Source: Nitrospirota bacterium (GTDB taxonomy: Bacteria > Nitrospirota > Nitrospiria > Nitrospirales > NS-4). Taken from it: 64,000 nucleotides of DNA. Both the position numbers and the translations under genes were made by a program. The DNA lies in the NCBI GenBank assembly GCA_005877615.1, contig VBOD01000106.1, positions 2,398 to 66,397 on the forward strand, written 5' to 3'. Under the pieces are notes generated by a model. The model was given only the letters and a program-made list of their open reading frames with translations, was not told where the DNA came from and searched no databases. Below are positions 47,317 through 60,555 of the stretch, one piece after another; position 1 is the stretch's first letter, and every line of letters starts with the position of its first letter.

Positions 47317-47562
47317 ATGCAATGCCCACGGTGTCGAGGACTGATGGTACCGGATCAATTTTTCGATTTGATCAATGACGGCGGGTATTGGACATTCGAT
47401 GGCTGGCGGTGCCTCTGCTGCGGAAACATTCTGGACACCGTCATTTTGAGAAACCAGCAAGCTACCGTGATGAAGGCTTCTGAGAATGTACGCCTCGTCA
47501 CGGAAGACAACTTGGACGCTCTTGTACACGATTCAGGTGTTCTGGTTTCCTCAGCCAAATGA
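47317..47562 (+). CDS. Small zinc-ribbon protein
   Basis: ATG 47317 lies 5 nt after a GGTGAGGAGG SD (the ORF track starts at GTG 47296). CPRC...CLCC four-Cys ribbon. Confidence 0.45.
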   Translation: MQCPRCRGLMVPDQFFDLINDGGYWTFDGWRCLCCGNILDTVILRNQQATVMKASENVRLVTEDNLDALVHDSGVLVSSAK

Positions 47563-47604
47563 ATGTGTGTCCGAGAAGTTCCCGCAGGGTGATATCCTTC
47601 TAAA

Positions 47605-47635
47605 GGGGCGGCATCACATGCCGCTCTGTGTCTTT
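47605..47635 (+). terminator. Candidate intrinsic terminator
   Basis: Perfect 7-bp stem GCGGCAT(47608-14)/ATGCCGC(47618-24) with a 3-nt loop, followed by the T-rich TCTGTGTCTTT. Confidence 0.4.
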
Positions 47636-47652
47636 AACAGAAAGGCAGAGCC

Positions 47653-47871
47653 ATGGCACAATCAGCACCAGAGATCCCGATGCGTCAAATGTCGAAGCAC
47701 AAAACCGTACAAAAGCCATCTTCGGACGGGAACCAGCAGCATGACGAGCAGCTCTACGCCAGGGTCGCTGAGAAAGCCTACGAGTTATTCGAACGACGGG
47801 GCGGAGAACATGGCCATGACGTGGACGATTGGCTGGAAGCCGAGCGATGTGTCGTGGAGGAGCTGTGTTAG
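47653..47871 (+). CDS. DUF2934-like small protein
   Basis: 72 aa. RVAEKAYELFERRGGEHGHDVDDWLEAE is the DUF2934 motif. Confidence 0.65.
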   Translation: MAQSAPEIPMRQMSKHKTVQKPSSDGNQQHDEQLYARVAEKAYELFERRGGEHGHDVDDWLEAERCVVEELC

Positions 47872-47964
47872 GGGCTCCGGCAGGACCGCCCCTGAGCGAA
47901 AACGCGTGCGGTTCGATGCCGATTGTCGTATCATCAAGCAGCAGGGGATCGAGCCACTGACCAC

Positions 47965-48642
47965 ATGAGGCTTCTGCTCGTCGAAGACGACCCCAATCTG
48001 GGCCGGTTCATTCAAAAGGGTCTCCAGGAGGAGCGCTACGCCGTCGACGTGGCCATGGACGGCGAGGAAGGTTTCCTGCTGGCGAGCGTCAACGCCTATG
48101 ACCTGGTCATCCTGGACATCATGCTCCCAAAACTCGACGGCCTGAGTGTCTGCCGCAAGCTCCGCGTCGAACGCAAGAGCACGCCAGTCCTGATGCTCAC
48201 CGCACGGGAGACTGTCGAGGACAGGGTGGCTGGGCTCGACACGGGGGCGGATGATTACCTGACCAAACCCTTCGCGTTCGCCGAACTCCTGGCACGTGTG
48301 CGGGCGCTCTTGCGGCGGGGAAGCGCCATGCCCGCCGGACGACTCAAGGCGCTCGATTTGGAACTGGACCCGATGTCGCATCGGGTGTGGCGCGCGGGCC
48401 AGGAGATTCCCCTCACGAACAAAGAATTCTCGCTACTAGAATATTTGCTCCGGAATGCGAATCAAGTCCTCACACGCACGGCGATCATCGAACACACCTG
48501 GGACATTCACTACGACTCCATGACCAACATCGTGGACGTGCACATCCGGGCCCTGCGCGCCAAAGTAGACCGCAACTTTCCTCCTCCGCTCATCCACACC
48601 GTGCGCGGCGTCGGGTACGTGCTCAAGACAGAGGAGGACTGA
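47965..48642 (+). CDS. OmpR/PhoB-family response regulator (CusR/CopR-like)
   Basis: ATG 47965 (MRLLLVEDD). Receiver domain plus a winged-helix domain (LTNKEFSLLEYLLRNANQVLTR...IHTVRGVGYVL). Confidence 0.9.
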   Translation: MRLLLVEDDPNLGRFIQKGLQEERYAVDVAMDGEEGFLLASVNAYDLVILDIMLPKLDGLSVCRKLRVERKSTPVLMLTARETVEDRVAGLDTGADDYLTKPFAFAELLARVRALLRRGSAMPAGRLKALDLELDPMSHRVWRAGQEIPLTNKEFSLLEYLLRNANQVLTRTAIIEHTWDIHYDSMTNIVDVHIRALRAKVDRNFPPPLIHTVRGVGYVLKTEED

Positions 48643-48645
48643 CCC

Positions 48646-50076
48646 ATGTCCTCCTTCCGGAGCCGGATCCGCCTCTCGGCTCTCCTGCTGATCGGCTCGC
48701 TGCTCGTCGCCTTCAGCGTACTGCTCTACTCCGGGCTGTCCATCATCCTGCACCGGTACCTGGATGCGCGCCTGCTGGCGTTCGGGGAGGCCTGGGCTGA
48801 ATTCATCGAAGACACCACCGGCTCGCTGCCTGAGTCTGCCGGTCAGACCGCCGCATCGGGCCTTCATGGGCAGGACAGCGACGAGGACCGGGAACTGCGG
48901 GAAGTCGCCCTCTCGATTACGGTTCATGCCACAGACGGGTCGGTCGTATGGAAGGGCCCGGCTGCCCGGATACTCCCTGCTCTGCCAGCGGCGACTCTAT
49001 CAAATGTTCTCCGCGGCGAAACCGTCTACGACACGATCGAGGTTCCAAACGCCCCATCGATCCGGCGAATTTCGTTGCCCGTGTTCCGTGACGGCAAAGT
49101 CAAATATATCCTCCAGACCGAGTCCTCCATGCATTTCATCGAGCACGCGCTCCGGCAACTCGGCATGCTGTTGGTGGTGATTTCGATTTCAATTCTAGCC
49201 ATGGCCTGGGTCGGCAGCCGCTGGGTAGCGGATCAGGCCTTGACGCCGGTCGAGGCCCTCAGCTCTACGGCCGAGCAGATCTCAGGATCCTCTCTCAAAA
49301 CGCGTGTCTCCCTGAACGCGCCCTATGCGGAGTTTCAGCGGCTGGCCCGCGCCTTTAACGCAATGCTCGAGCGCCTTCAACACGTCTTCGAAGCCCAGCG
49401 CCGCTTTATCGCGGACGCCGCGCACGAGCTCAAGACTCCACTGACGGTGATCATGGGCAGCCTCGAGGTGACGCTGAAAAAAGCGCGGTCGGCCCAAGAG
49501 TACCGCGAAGTTCTGGTCAGCAATCTCGGACAGGTTGAGCGCTTGATCGCGTTGACACGCTCCTTGTTGACGATGGCTCGGTTTGCAGGCGAGCGTCCTC
49601 CGCTTCACGTCACATCCCTGACCATCGAGCCGTTGGTAAAAGATCTGGTTGGGGAGCTGGCCGTGCTGGCCGAGAATCGCCATATCACGCTTGCGGTTGA
49701 CGCGCGGCCAGCCCCTCCGGTACTGGGTGATGAAGGATGGGTCCGTCACATGCTGATTAATCTCTTGGACAACGCGCTCCGCTATACATCGTCGGGCGGC
49801 ACTGTGACGGTGAGTATCGAAGAAGTTGGAAATACGGTGGTGATCGCAGTCCAGGACACGGGACCCGGCATCGCGCCGGAGCACCTGCCACATCTGTTCG
49901 AGCGGTTTTACCGGGCGGAGAGCGCAAGGGACCGGGAATCAGGCGGCGTCGGGCTGGGTCTCGCGATCGTGAAGGAAATCGCCGAGGCGCACGGGGGCAC
50001 GGTCCGGGTTGCGAGTGAGGTCGGCAAGGGATCGGTGTTCACCGTGACGCTTCCGGCTGCGAAGCGCGAGGCTTAG
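48646..50076 (+). CDS. Sensor histidine kinase (two TM helices, periplasmic domain, HAMP, HisKA, HATPase)
   Basis: 476 aa. H-box AAHELKTPL, N-box LLDNALRYT, and G-boxes QDTGPGI and GGVGLGLAI. Confidence 0.9.
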   Translation: MSSFRSRIRLSALLLIGSLLVAFSVLLYSGLSIILHRYLDARLLAFGEAWAEFIEDTTGSLPESAGQTAASGLHGQDSDEDRELREVALSITVHATDGSVVWKGPAARILPALPAATLSNVLRGETVYDTIEVPNAPSIRRISLPVFRDGKVKYILQTESSMHFIEHALRQLGMLLVVISISILAMAWVGSRWVADQALTPVEALSSTAEQISGSSLKTRVSLNAPYAEFQRLARAFNAMLERLQHVFEAQRRFIADAAHELKTPLTVIMGSLEVTLKKARSAQEYREVLVSNLGQVERLIALTRSLLTMARFAGERPPLHVTSLTIEPLVKDLVGELAVLAENRHITLAVDARPAPPVLGDEGWVRHMLINLLDNALRYTSSGGTVTVSIEEVGNTVVIAVQDTGPGIAPEHLPHLFERFYRAESARDRESGGVGLGLAIVKEIAEAHGGTVRVASEVGKGSVFTVTLPAAKREA

Positions 50077-50117
50077 CGCGGCCAACCTGTCTTCGCAAAC
50101 TCCAATGGGGGCCCACC

Positions 50118-50861
50118 ATGCGCCAAGTTAGACCTGCGGTTCTCAGTCCGGGCCTGTATCTCATTCTTCTTGTCCTACTGTCTTTCGTATGCCTGGGTGC
50201 CGAGCCCGGACAGTTCGGGACGCCGAAGGGTGACGAAGGCACACGGATCTTTAGGGCTACGGAGCATCCGAACTATAGCGGCCAATTCCGGTTGACCGGG
50301 GGAGGCACGGTCTTGGTCGGCAGTATGCGCGACCTCCCACCGTGGGATCACCTGGATTACAACGGCAAGCGACTCAATCCGGTCCCCGGCAGGATTTCGA
50401 TTGAAGTTGATGAGCGGGCCAACACCGGCGTGGTCCTGGTGGAGTTCGCCGAGGGGACAGACCGCTATCGCATTGTCTTCGACCGATTTGCGGGGACCGC
50501 TCCGTATCAGGACGGCGGGATCGCGACCCGCGTGTATGAGCACGGGGACTCCGGAAACGGCGATCCACTCTATCCAAAGACTTGGCTCTACCTGGCGGGA
50601 TGGGGCAAGGCGGATGTGTTCAAGAACGGCGATCTCCTGCTCAAAGACTATGCGGCGCACTTCATGGTGATGGAACGGTCCCGGGACCCGAAGACCCACG
50701 AGGTCCGTTATCCGATGAAGCGGTCCCTCCCTGGCGGGGAGACCGATCCAGCCGGGATGGAGATCGACCTGTGGGTGCGATCAAAGGACCAGAACACTAA
50801 AAACTTTCCGCCCTTTGAGACTTTCATCCATCTGTATTGGGAGGAAGTGACGTGGCGGTAG
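50118..50861 (+). CDS. Secreted hypothetical protein
   Basis: 247 aa with an N-terminal hydrophobic signal (LYLILLVLLSFVCLGA). No family recognised. Confidence 0.5.
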   Translation: MRQVRPAVLSPGLYLILLVLLSFVCLGAEPGQFGTPKGDEGTRIFRATEHPNYSGQFRLTGGGTVLVGSMRDLPPWDHLDYNGKRLNPVPGRISIEVDERANTGVVLVEFAEGTDRYRIVFDRFAGTAPYQDGGIATRVYEHGDSGNGDPLYPKTWLYLAGWGKADVFKNGDLLLKDYAAHFMVMERSRDPKTHEVRYPMKRSLPGGETDPAGMEIDLWVRSKDQNTKNFPPFETFIHLYWEEVTWR

Positions 50862-50901
50862 GGACGGAGCATATCAACCGTCAAGATGATAAAGGCTTTT
50901 T

Positions 50902-51666
50902 TTAGCTCTTGATGCCCGTGACTATTGTCAGCAGCATCGCGGTCACATACATGAGGCTCAAACCTGCAAACACTCCTGTCGCGGTTTGCATCTTCCTTGT
51001 TGCGGTATAGAAGATCGCGACGAGAGAGAAAATCACATACAACAGCGAGCCGGCCGCCAAGGCATAAAAGATTATCGAGAGATAGGTCGAGACCACCAGG
51101 CCGCTTATCACGGCGCCAACGCAAGTCGGCAGGCCGGCCACCAATCCCATAAGGACAACTTCCTTGACGGCAAGTCTCGACTTTCCTGCTGATGCGATAA
51201 TGGCAAAACCTTCGGTGCCGTTATGGAGCGCGAACCCCCCAACCAGAAGCCCATTCAGGACCCAGGCCCCTTGGGCATAGCTTGCACCTATGGCCAATCC
51301 CTCTCCGAGATTATGCAGGCCTAAGGCCAGTGCGATCATATAAGGCAGGGAAAGACGGAAGGCTTCCGATCTGTTTCTTCCCTGGTGCTGCTCAAAAGCG
51401 ACGAGGCCCACAAAACCAATGAGCACACTGCCGAGGAAGACGAGCCACGAAAGAGGGTCTTGCGCCGCCGTCTGTTCAACGGCCTCATGCATCAGATCAA
51501 AGAAGAGATAGACAAGAATTCCGGTCGCGATGCCTGTGAGAAATCCCTCCCAGGACCGATTCGAGACTGTAATAGCGAGGAGGGCAGCAGCGAGCCCGAC
51601 ATAGATCGGGATGACTCCCGCTATGCCCCCGAGCCCGATCAGATGCCACACGTTCTCTAGTGTCAT
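50902..51666 (-). CDS. ZIP-family divalent metal transporter (ZupT-like)
   Basis: 254 aa and polytopic. HNLGEGLAIG and HNGTEGFAI are metal-binding helix motifs. Confidence 0.85.
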   Translation of the reverse strand: MTLENVWHLIGLGGIAGVIPIYVGLAAALLAITVSNRSWEGFLTGIATGILVYLFFDLMHEAVEQTAAQDPLSWLVFLGSVLIGFVGLVAFEQHQGRNRSEAFRLSLPYMIALALGLHNLGEGLAIGASYAQGAWVLNGLLVGGFALHNGTEGFAIIASAGKSRLAVKEVVLMGLVAGLPTCVGAVISGLVVSTYLSIIFYALAAGSLLYVIFSLVAIFYTATRKMQTATGVFAGLSLMYVTAMLLTIVTGIKS

Positions 51667-51683
51667 CGCGTTCTATGATCTTG

Positions 51684-51700
51684 AATTTGATTCTCAATTT
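51684..51700. promoter_or_regulatory. AT-rich near-palindrome AATTTGATTCTCAATTT upstream of the ZIP gene (possible Zur/Fur-type operator)
   Basis: 6 of 8 positions are self-complementary. Located 18-34 nt upstream of the ZIP start codon, within the 55-nt gap after bioA. Confidence 0.3.
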
Positions 51701-51721
51701 ACTAAAACTCCACCCACTTTG

Positions 51722-53122
51722 TCAAGGCCTTTTTCCTCCCTCCTTACGCCCCGGACGGGGGGGCAGGACCAGCCCGATCGCCGTCGCCACGATCTCCACC
51801 ATCCTGCGCAATTCCTTCATTGTGGTGCTCAGCGGCGGCATTAGGACGATGACGTTCCCGAGTGGCCGGATGAGCAGGCCAAGCCGCCTGGCCTCCGCCG
51901 CCACGCGCATGCCGACACGCTCGGTCGGCGGGTAGGGCGCCTTCGTCTTACGGTCCCGTACCAGTTCGATCCCGACGATAAAGCCGAGCTGGCGAATGTC
52001 GCCGACGTGCGGATGTTGGCCGAGCGGTTGCAGGAGGCGATGGAGCGCCGCGATCTTGGGACGGAGCTTTTGCAGCGTGCGCTCCCGCGCAATGACGTCC
52101 AGGTTGGCCAGCGCCACGGCGCAGCCCAGCGGGTTGCCCGTATAGCTGTGACCGTGGAAGAAGGTCTTGAACTCCTCGTAGCGGCCGAGGAACGCCCGGT
52201 AGATACGCTCGGTCGTCAACGTGGCGGCAAGGGGCAGATATCCGCCGGTCATCCCCTTGCTGATCGCCATGAGGTCCGGCTTCACGCTCTCGTGCTCGCA
52301 GGCGAACATCCGACCCGTGCGGCCGAAGCCGGTGGCCACTTCATCAGCGATCAGCAGCACCCGATAGCGTGAGCACAACCGGCGGAGTCTGGTCAGGTAG
52401 CCCGGCGGCATCGTGATCATACCGCCGGCCGCCAGCAACATCGGCTCGACAATCAGCGCCGCGATGTGCCCATGGTGCCGTTTGAGCACGTCTTCCACCG
52501 CATCCGCGCAGGCCACCCGACATTGCGGGTAGGTCAGGTTCAGCGGACAGCGGTAGCAGTAGGGCGCGTGGGCTTCGTAGGTCGGGAAGAGAAGCGGCTT
52601 GAACCGCTCGTGAAAAAGCGGGACGCCACCCACGCTGACGGCCCCAAGCGTGTCGCCGTGGTAGGCCAACCCCAGGTGCAGGAAACTCTTCTTGGACTTG
52701 TCAGGGCCGCCCCGTACTTGCCAGTACTGGTAGGCCATCTTCAGGGCCACTTCCACCGCCGTTGATCCGTCGTCCGAATAGAAGACCCGCGTGAGCCCTT
52801 GCGGCGCTAGGGCCACCAGGCGGCTCGCCAGCTCGATGGAGGGGACGTTGGCCAGTCCCAGTAGCGTGGAGTGCGCAATCTTCCTCAGTTGCGCCGCGAG
52901 CGCGCGATCCAGCTCCCGCTTGCGATGGCCATGGAGATTGACCCAGAGCGAGGAGACCCCATCCAGGTAACGGCGGCCGTCGGTGTCTTCCAGATAGACG
53001 CCACGGCCCCGTTCAATGATGAGGGGCCGCTCGTGCTCCCACTCACGCTGCTGGGTGAAGGGATGCCAGAGGTGGCGGTGATCCTCCGTCTGAAGCCTCG
53101 CGGTGCGGGTCGGGGAAGCCAT
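51722..53122 (-). CDS. bioA: Adenosylmethionine-8-amino-7-oxononanoate aminotransferase
   Basis: 466 aa. HLWHPFTQ, the class-III aminotransferase body and a PLP-lysine region (DLMAISKGMTGGYLPL). Confidence 0.9.
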   Translation of the reverse strand: MASPTRTARLQTEDHRHLWHPFTQQREWEHERPLIIERGRGVYLEDTDGRRYLDGVSSLWVNLHGHRKRELDRALAAQLRKIAHSTLLGLANVPSIELASRLVALAPQGLTRVFYSDDGSTAVEVALKMAYQYWQVRGGPDKSKKSFLHLGLAYHGDTLGAVSVGGVPLFHERFKPLLFPTYEAHAPYCYRCPLNLTYPQCRVACADAVEDVLKRHHGHIAALIVEPMLLAAGGMITMPPGYLTRLRRLCSRYRVLLIADEVATGFGRTGRMFACEHESVKPDLMAISKGMTGGYLPLAATLTTERIYRAFLGRYEEFKTFFHGHSYTGNPLGCAVALANLDVIARERTLQKLRPKIAALHRLLQPLGQHPHVGDIRQLGFIVGIELVRDRKTKAPYPPTERVGMRVAAEARRLGLLIRPLGNVIVLMPPLSTTMKELRRMVEIVATAIGLVLPPRPGRKEGGKRP

Positions 53123-53155
53123 GAAGATGGGCCATTATAGGGAGGGGAATCGTCT

Positions 53156-53184
53156 TTGACAATCTGCGTGAAAACTATTATAAT
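53156..53184 (+). promoter_or_regulatory. Consensus sigma70 promoter upstream of lepA (TTGACA-17-TATAAT)
   Basis: TTGACA at 53156-61, an exactly 17-nt spacer, and TATAAT at 53179-84, 33 nt before the lepA start. Confidence 0.7.
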
Positions 53185-53217
53185 CAGCGAGCTTCGGAGT
53201 TCAAAAGGACCCCCATT

Positions 53218-55014
53218 TTGCAGGCACTGATCCGGAACTTTTCCATTATCGCCCACATAGACCACGGGAAGTCGACACTCGCGGACCGGTTGCTCGAATA
53301 CACCGGGGCCATCAGCGCCCGGGAATCGCGCGAGCAGATCCTAGACGCGATGGACTTGGAGCGAGAGCGGGGGATCACCATCAAGGCCCACACGGTCACC
53401 ATCCGGTACAAGGCCGACGATGGGAACGAGTATCTCCTGAACCTCATCGACACGCCGGGCCACGTGGACTTCACCTATGAGGTCTCGCGGAGCCTGGCCG
53501 CTTGCGAGGGCGCGTTGCTCCTGGTGGATGCCTCTCAAGGGGTCGAGGCGCAAACGATCGCCAATGCCCACTTGGCGATTGAGAACCACCTCACCGTCAT
53601 CCCGATCATCAACAAGGTCGACCTAGCCAGCGCCGACGTCGAGGGGACCAAGCGGCAGATCGAGGATGTGCTGAGCTTGGACACGCATGACGCGATCCTG
53701 ACGAGCGCCAAGGCCGGAGTCGGCACCCAAGAGGTGCTCGATGCAATCGTGACGCGCATCCCGCCGCCGTCGGGCGACCCGAACGGGCCGCTCAAGGCAC
53801 TCGTGTTCGATTCCTGGTTCGACAATTACCAGGGCGTGACGGTCCTGGCGCGCGTGGGTGACGGCGCCATCGAGCCGGGCATGAAGGTCCGCATGATGGG
53901 CAGCGGCAACGTGTTCGAGATCCAGGAAGTCGGCATCTTCACGCCCAAGCGGGTCAAAGCGGAGCGGCTGGCTACGGGGGAGGTGGGCTACGTGGTGGCC
54001 GGCATCAAGCGCCTCGGAGATACCCGCATCGGCGATACGATCACCGACGCCAGCCGCCCGACGGCGAAGCCCTATCCCGGGTATAAAGAAGCCAAGCCGA
54101 TGGTTTTCTGCGGACTGTATCCCACGGACAGCGACCTCTTCGAGGATTTGCGGGACGCGCTCGAGAAGTTACGGCTGAATGACGCCAGTTTTGTGTACGA
54201 GCCTGAAACGTCGCTAGCGCTTGGCTTCGGCTTCCGTTGTGGGTTCCTAGGGCTGCTCCACATGGAGATCATCCAGGAGCGGCTGGAGCGGGAGTACACG
54301 CTGGAGCTCATCAGCACGACACCCACCGTGGTGTACCGTGTGACGACGACCAAGGGCGAGGTGCTGTACATCGACAATCCGACCAAGCTGCCTGAGTCCA
54401 ACCACATTGAACTGTTCGAGGAACCGTTCATCAAGGCCACGATCATCACACCGGAAGCGTACGTCGGCAATCTATTAGCCCTGTGTCAAGAGCGGCGGGG
54501 CACCCAGAAGGGCCTGACCTACTTGAACCCCACGCGGGTCATGATGACGTATGAGATGCCGCTGAACGAGATCGTGCTAGACTTCTATGATCGCCTGAAG
54601 TCCAAGACGCAGGGGTATGCCTCCCTGGACTATGAGATCATCGGCTACCAGCCGTCGGACCTTGTGAAAGTGGACATCTTATTGAACGGGGAGAGCGTGG
54701 ATGCGCTGTCCTTCATCGTCCATCGCGATAAGGCGGTCGCCCGTGGGCGGCAAGTGGCCGAGAAGATGAAGGAACATATCCCGCGCCAGATGTTCGAGGT
54801 GGCCATTCAGGCCGCCATTGGCAGCAAGATCATCGCGCGGGAGACCGTGGGAGCCATGCGCAAGAACGTCACGGCAAAGTGCTACGGAGGCGACATCACT
54901 CGTAAAAGGAAACTATGGGAGAAACAGAAGGAAGGCAAGAAAAGGATGAAGCAGGTCGGGCGGGTGGAAGTGCCGCAGGAGGCCTTCCTGGCTCTGCTGA
55001 AAGTGACGGAGTAG
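53218..55014 (+). CDS. lepA: Elongation factor 4 (LepA)
   Basis: 598 aa (TTG start). [26 protein letters not shown] and the LepA-specific C-terminal domain. Confidence 0.95.
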   Translation: MQALIRNFSIIAHIDHGKSTLADRLLEYTGAISARESREQILDAMDLERERGITIKAHTVTIRYKADDGNEYLLNLIDTPGHVDFTYEVSRSLAACEGALLLVDASQGVEAQTIANAHLAIENHLTVIPIINKVDLASADVEGTKRQIEDVLSLDTHDAILTSAKAGVGTQEVLDAIVTRIPPPSGDPNGPLKALVFDSWFDNYQGVTVLARVGDGAIEPGMKVRMMGSGNVFEIQEVGIFTPKRVKAERLATGEVGYVVAGIKRLGDTRIGDTITDASRPTAKPYPGYKEAKPMVFCGLYPTDSDLFEDLRDALEKLRLNDASFVYEPETSLALGFGFRCGFLGLLHMEIIQERLEREYTLELISTTPTVVYRVTTTKGEVLYIDNPTKLPESNHIELFEEPFIKATIITPEAYVGNLLALCQERRGTQKGLTYLNPTRVMMTYEMPLNEIVLDFYDRLKSKTQGYASLDYEIIGYQPSDLVKVDILLNGESVDALSFIVHRDKAVARGRQVAEKMKEHIPRQMFEVAIQAAIGSKIIARETVGAMRKNVTAKCYGGDITRKRKLWEKQKEGKKRMKQVGRVEVPQEAFLALLKVTE

Positions 55015-55697
55015 TCGTCCCGTCGATCGAGCCGGCGCCGATCACCGGGGCCCCCGCCGAGGGGGAGCGGACCGAGTCCGTCCGCAGCAAGCCCCTCTGG
55101 CGCGAGTACGGCGAGGCGATCCTCATCGCTATCATCCTGGCGCTGTTCATCCGGACCTTCATCGTCCAGGCCTTCAAGATCCCCTCCGGCTCCATGGTGC
55201 CGACCCTGACGATCGGCGACCACATTCTTGTCACAAAATTCCTGTACGACTTCAAACTGCCGTACTGGGACACGATCCTGATCCGGTTCTCCGAGCCCCA
55301 GCGGGGTGACATTATCGTGTTCAAGTTTCCGGAGGACGAGAGCAAGGACTTCATCAAACGCGTGATCGGCCTGCCCGGCGACACGGTGGAAATCCGCAAC
55401 AAGCAGGTCTCGATCAACGGACAACCCCTGGTGGAGCCCTACGTCCAGCACCTGGACCCGAACATCCTTCCCCACCAGGTCCAGCCGCGCGATAATCTCG
55501 GCCCGATGAAAGTCCCTCCGGACTCCTATTTCGTCATGGGCGACAACCGCGATCAGAGTCTCGACAGCCGCTTCTGGGGCTTCGTCAAGCTGGAGAAAAT
55601 CAAGGGCAAGGCGTTCCTGATCTACTGGTCCTGGAACGGGCAGGGGGCGCTCGCCCACTGGGTTCGCTGGGAGCGCCTGGGGAAGACGATCCAATGA
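54915..55697 (+). CDS. lepB: Signal peptidase I
   Basis: PSGSMVPTL (catalytic Ser), KRVIGLPGD, and [14 protein letters not shown]. The only canonical in-frame start upstream of the TM segment is ATG 54915 (AAAGGA SD), which overlaps lepA by 100 nt. Confidence 0.85.
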   Translation: MGETEGRQEKDEAGRAGGSAAGGLPGSAESDGVVVPSIEPAPITGAPAEGERTESVRSKPLWREYGEAILIAIILALFIRTFIVQAFKIPSGSMVPTLTIGDHILVTKFLYDFKLPYWDTILIRFSEPQRGDIIVFKFPEDESKDFIKRVIGLPGDTVEIRNKQVSINGQPLVEPYVQHLDPNILPHQVQPRDNLGPMKVPPDSYFVMGDNRDQSLDSRFWGFVKLEKIKGKAFLIYWSWNGQGALAHWVRWERLGKTIQ

Positions 55698-56666
55698 AGA
55701 AGGACGCCCTGCGGGCCTACATCAAGAAGTTCAAGAACGGGAAGGTCCTGGTCGTCGGCGACCTGATCCTGGACCATTACATCTGGGGAGGGGTCAGCCG
55801 GATCTCACCCGAAGCGCCAGTGCCAGTAGTAGCGGTGGCGTCTGAGACGCTCCAGCTCGGCGGCGCGGCCAACGTGTCCAACAACATCAAGGCGCTCGGC
55901 GGCCGGGTCGACCTCTGCGGGGTGGTCGGCACGGACGAGGGCAGCCGGCAATTCTTCCAGGTGCTGGAGAACCAGGGGATCGGGCGCGACGGCATCCTGA
56001 CCGACCATGCTCGGCCCACGACCAAGAAAACGCGAATCGTGGCGCACAATCAGCAACTGGTGCGTTTCGACCTCGAGCGCTGCGAGGCGATCAGCGGCGC
56101 GCTGGAGGCGCGGATCACCCGCTATGTAGCGGCGTGCATCCGCTCGGCATCGGCCCTGGTGGTCTCGGATTATGCCAAGGGCGTGGTGACCCCCCGCGTC
56201 ATGACCGACGTCATTGCCCTCGCCCACCGGCACAACGTGCCCGTGATCGTAGACCCCAAGGTCGCCCACATCAGCCGGTACAAGGGCGCGACAATCATCA
56301 CGCCGAACCACCTGGAAGCCGTCCAGGCGGCAGGGCTCCACGGTGAGGACGAGGCGACCCTGCTGGAGGCCGGGCGCCAGCTCTACCAACGGCTCGGCTG
56401 CCAGGCCGTCCTGATCACGCGCGGAGAGCGGGGCATGAGCCTCTTTGAAGACCGCGGGCGGGTCGCGCACATCCCCACCGTGGCGCGCCAAGTCTTCGAC
56501 GTGACCGGCGCGGGCGACACCGTGGTCGCCGCCCTGGCGCTGGCCCTGGCCGCCGGCGCGCCCATGCGGCAGGCGGCGATCCTGGCCAACTACGCCGCCG
56601 GGGTTGTCGTCGGCATGGTGGGCACCGCCGCCGTGACCGCCGCCCAACTCGAAGAGGCCTTTCTCC

Positions 56667-56674
<8 letters not shown>
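55694..56674 (+). CDS. hldA: D-glycero-beta-D-manno-heptose-7-phosphate kinase (RfaE domain I / HldA-type, PfkB family)
   Basis: 326 aa with an ATGA overlap to lepB. VLVVGDLILDHYIWG, GGAANV and DVTGAGDT carbohydrate-kinase motifs. No adenylyltransferase domain. Confidence 0.8.
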
Positions 56675-59886
<3,212 letters not shown>

Positions 59887-59937
59887 ATGTAAAAGAAGGG
59901 GAGGCGGGCCATCGCTCTCTCAGAGCAACAGACCCTC

Positions 59938-60555
59938 TTGGCACAGGCGCACGGGCAACCGGCTCCGCGGAGACGGGCAGGGCTGCTGCAACATGTGCCG
60001 AACGCGATCACCGTCAGCCGAATTCTATTGATCCCTGTGTTTGTCCTCGTCTTTCTGGAACCGACGGCCAATCGCTCGCTGGCTGCAGCGGCCGTCTTCG
60101 GCTTGGCGGCCCTGACCGACGCCGTGGACGGCTACATCGCCAGGCGATGGGGCCACATCACCAGACTGGGCAAGCTCTTGGACCCGATTGCCGACAAGCT
60201 GCTGGTCCTGACCGCCCTCTTTCTCCTGGTGGACCAGGATCGGGTTGACGCTTGGATCGCCATCGTGCTGGCCGGCCGCGAACTGGCCGTCACCGGCTTA
60301 CGGGTCGTCGCCGCCCGGGAGGGGATCGTCCTGGCCGCCGAAACGACCGGTAAGCTCAAGATGGCGGCCCAAGTCGTGGCCATCTTATTGTTGATCCTGG
60401 ACGAGGCCGTGCCCAGTGTGCTAAACCTTTATTACTGGGGGACGGTCATCCTACTCGCGTCGTTGGTTCTCTCCCTCGTGTCCGCCGCTCAATACGTCCG
60501 GCAGTTTGTCATGTCCGTGCGTCCTCGTAACGGCGCGAATTCCCGCTCTTCCTGA
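59938..60555 (+). CDS. pgsA: CDP-diacylglycerol--glycerol-3-phosphate 3-phosphatidyltransferase
   Basis: 205 aa (TTG 59938, alternative in-frame GTG 59995). CDP-alcohol phosphatidyltransferase motif DAVDGYIARR...GKLLDPIADK. Confidence 0.85.
   Translation: MAQAHGQPAPRRRAGLLQHVPNAITVSRILLIPVFVLVFLEPTANRSLAAAAVFGLAALTDAVDGYIARRWGHITRLGKLLDPIADKLLVLTALFLLVDQDRVDAWIAIVLAGRELAVTGLRVVAAREGIVLAAETTGKLKMAAQVVAILLLILDEAVPSVLNLYYWGTVILLASLVLSLVSAAQYVRQFVMSVRPRNGANSRSS

Noticed and set aside
47486-47968. 160-aa plus-strand ORF spanning the gap between the zinc-ribbon gene and the response regulator
   Set aside because: It overlaps the DUF2934-like gene in another frame and runs across a hairpin terminator. 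Its Ser/Thr/Arg-rich translation has no motif.
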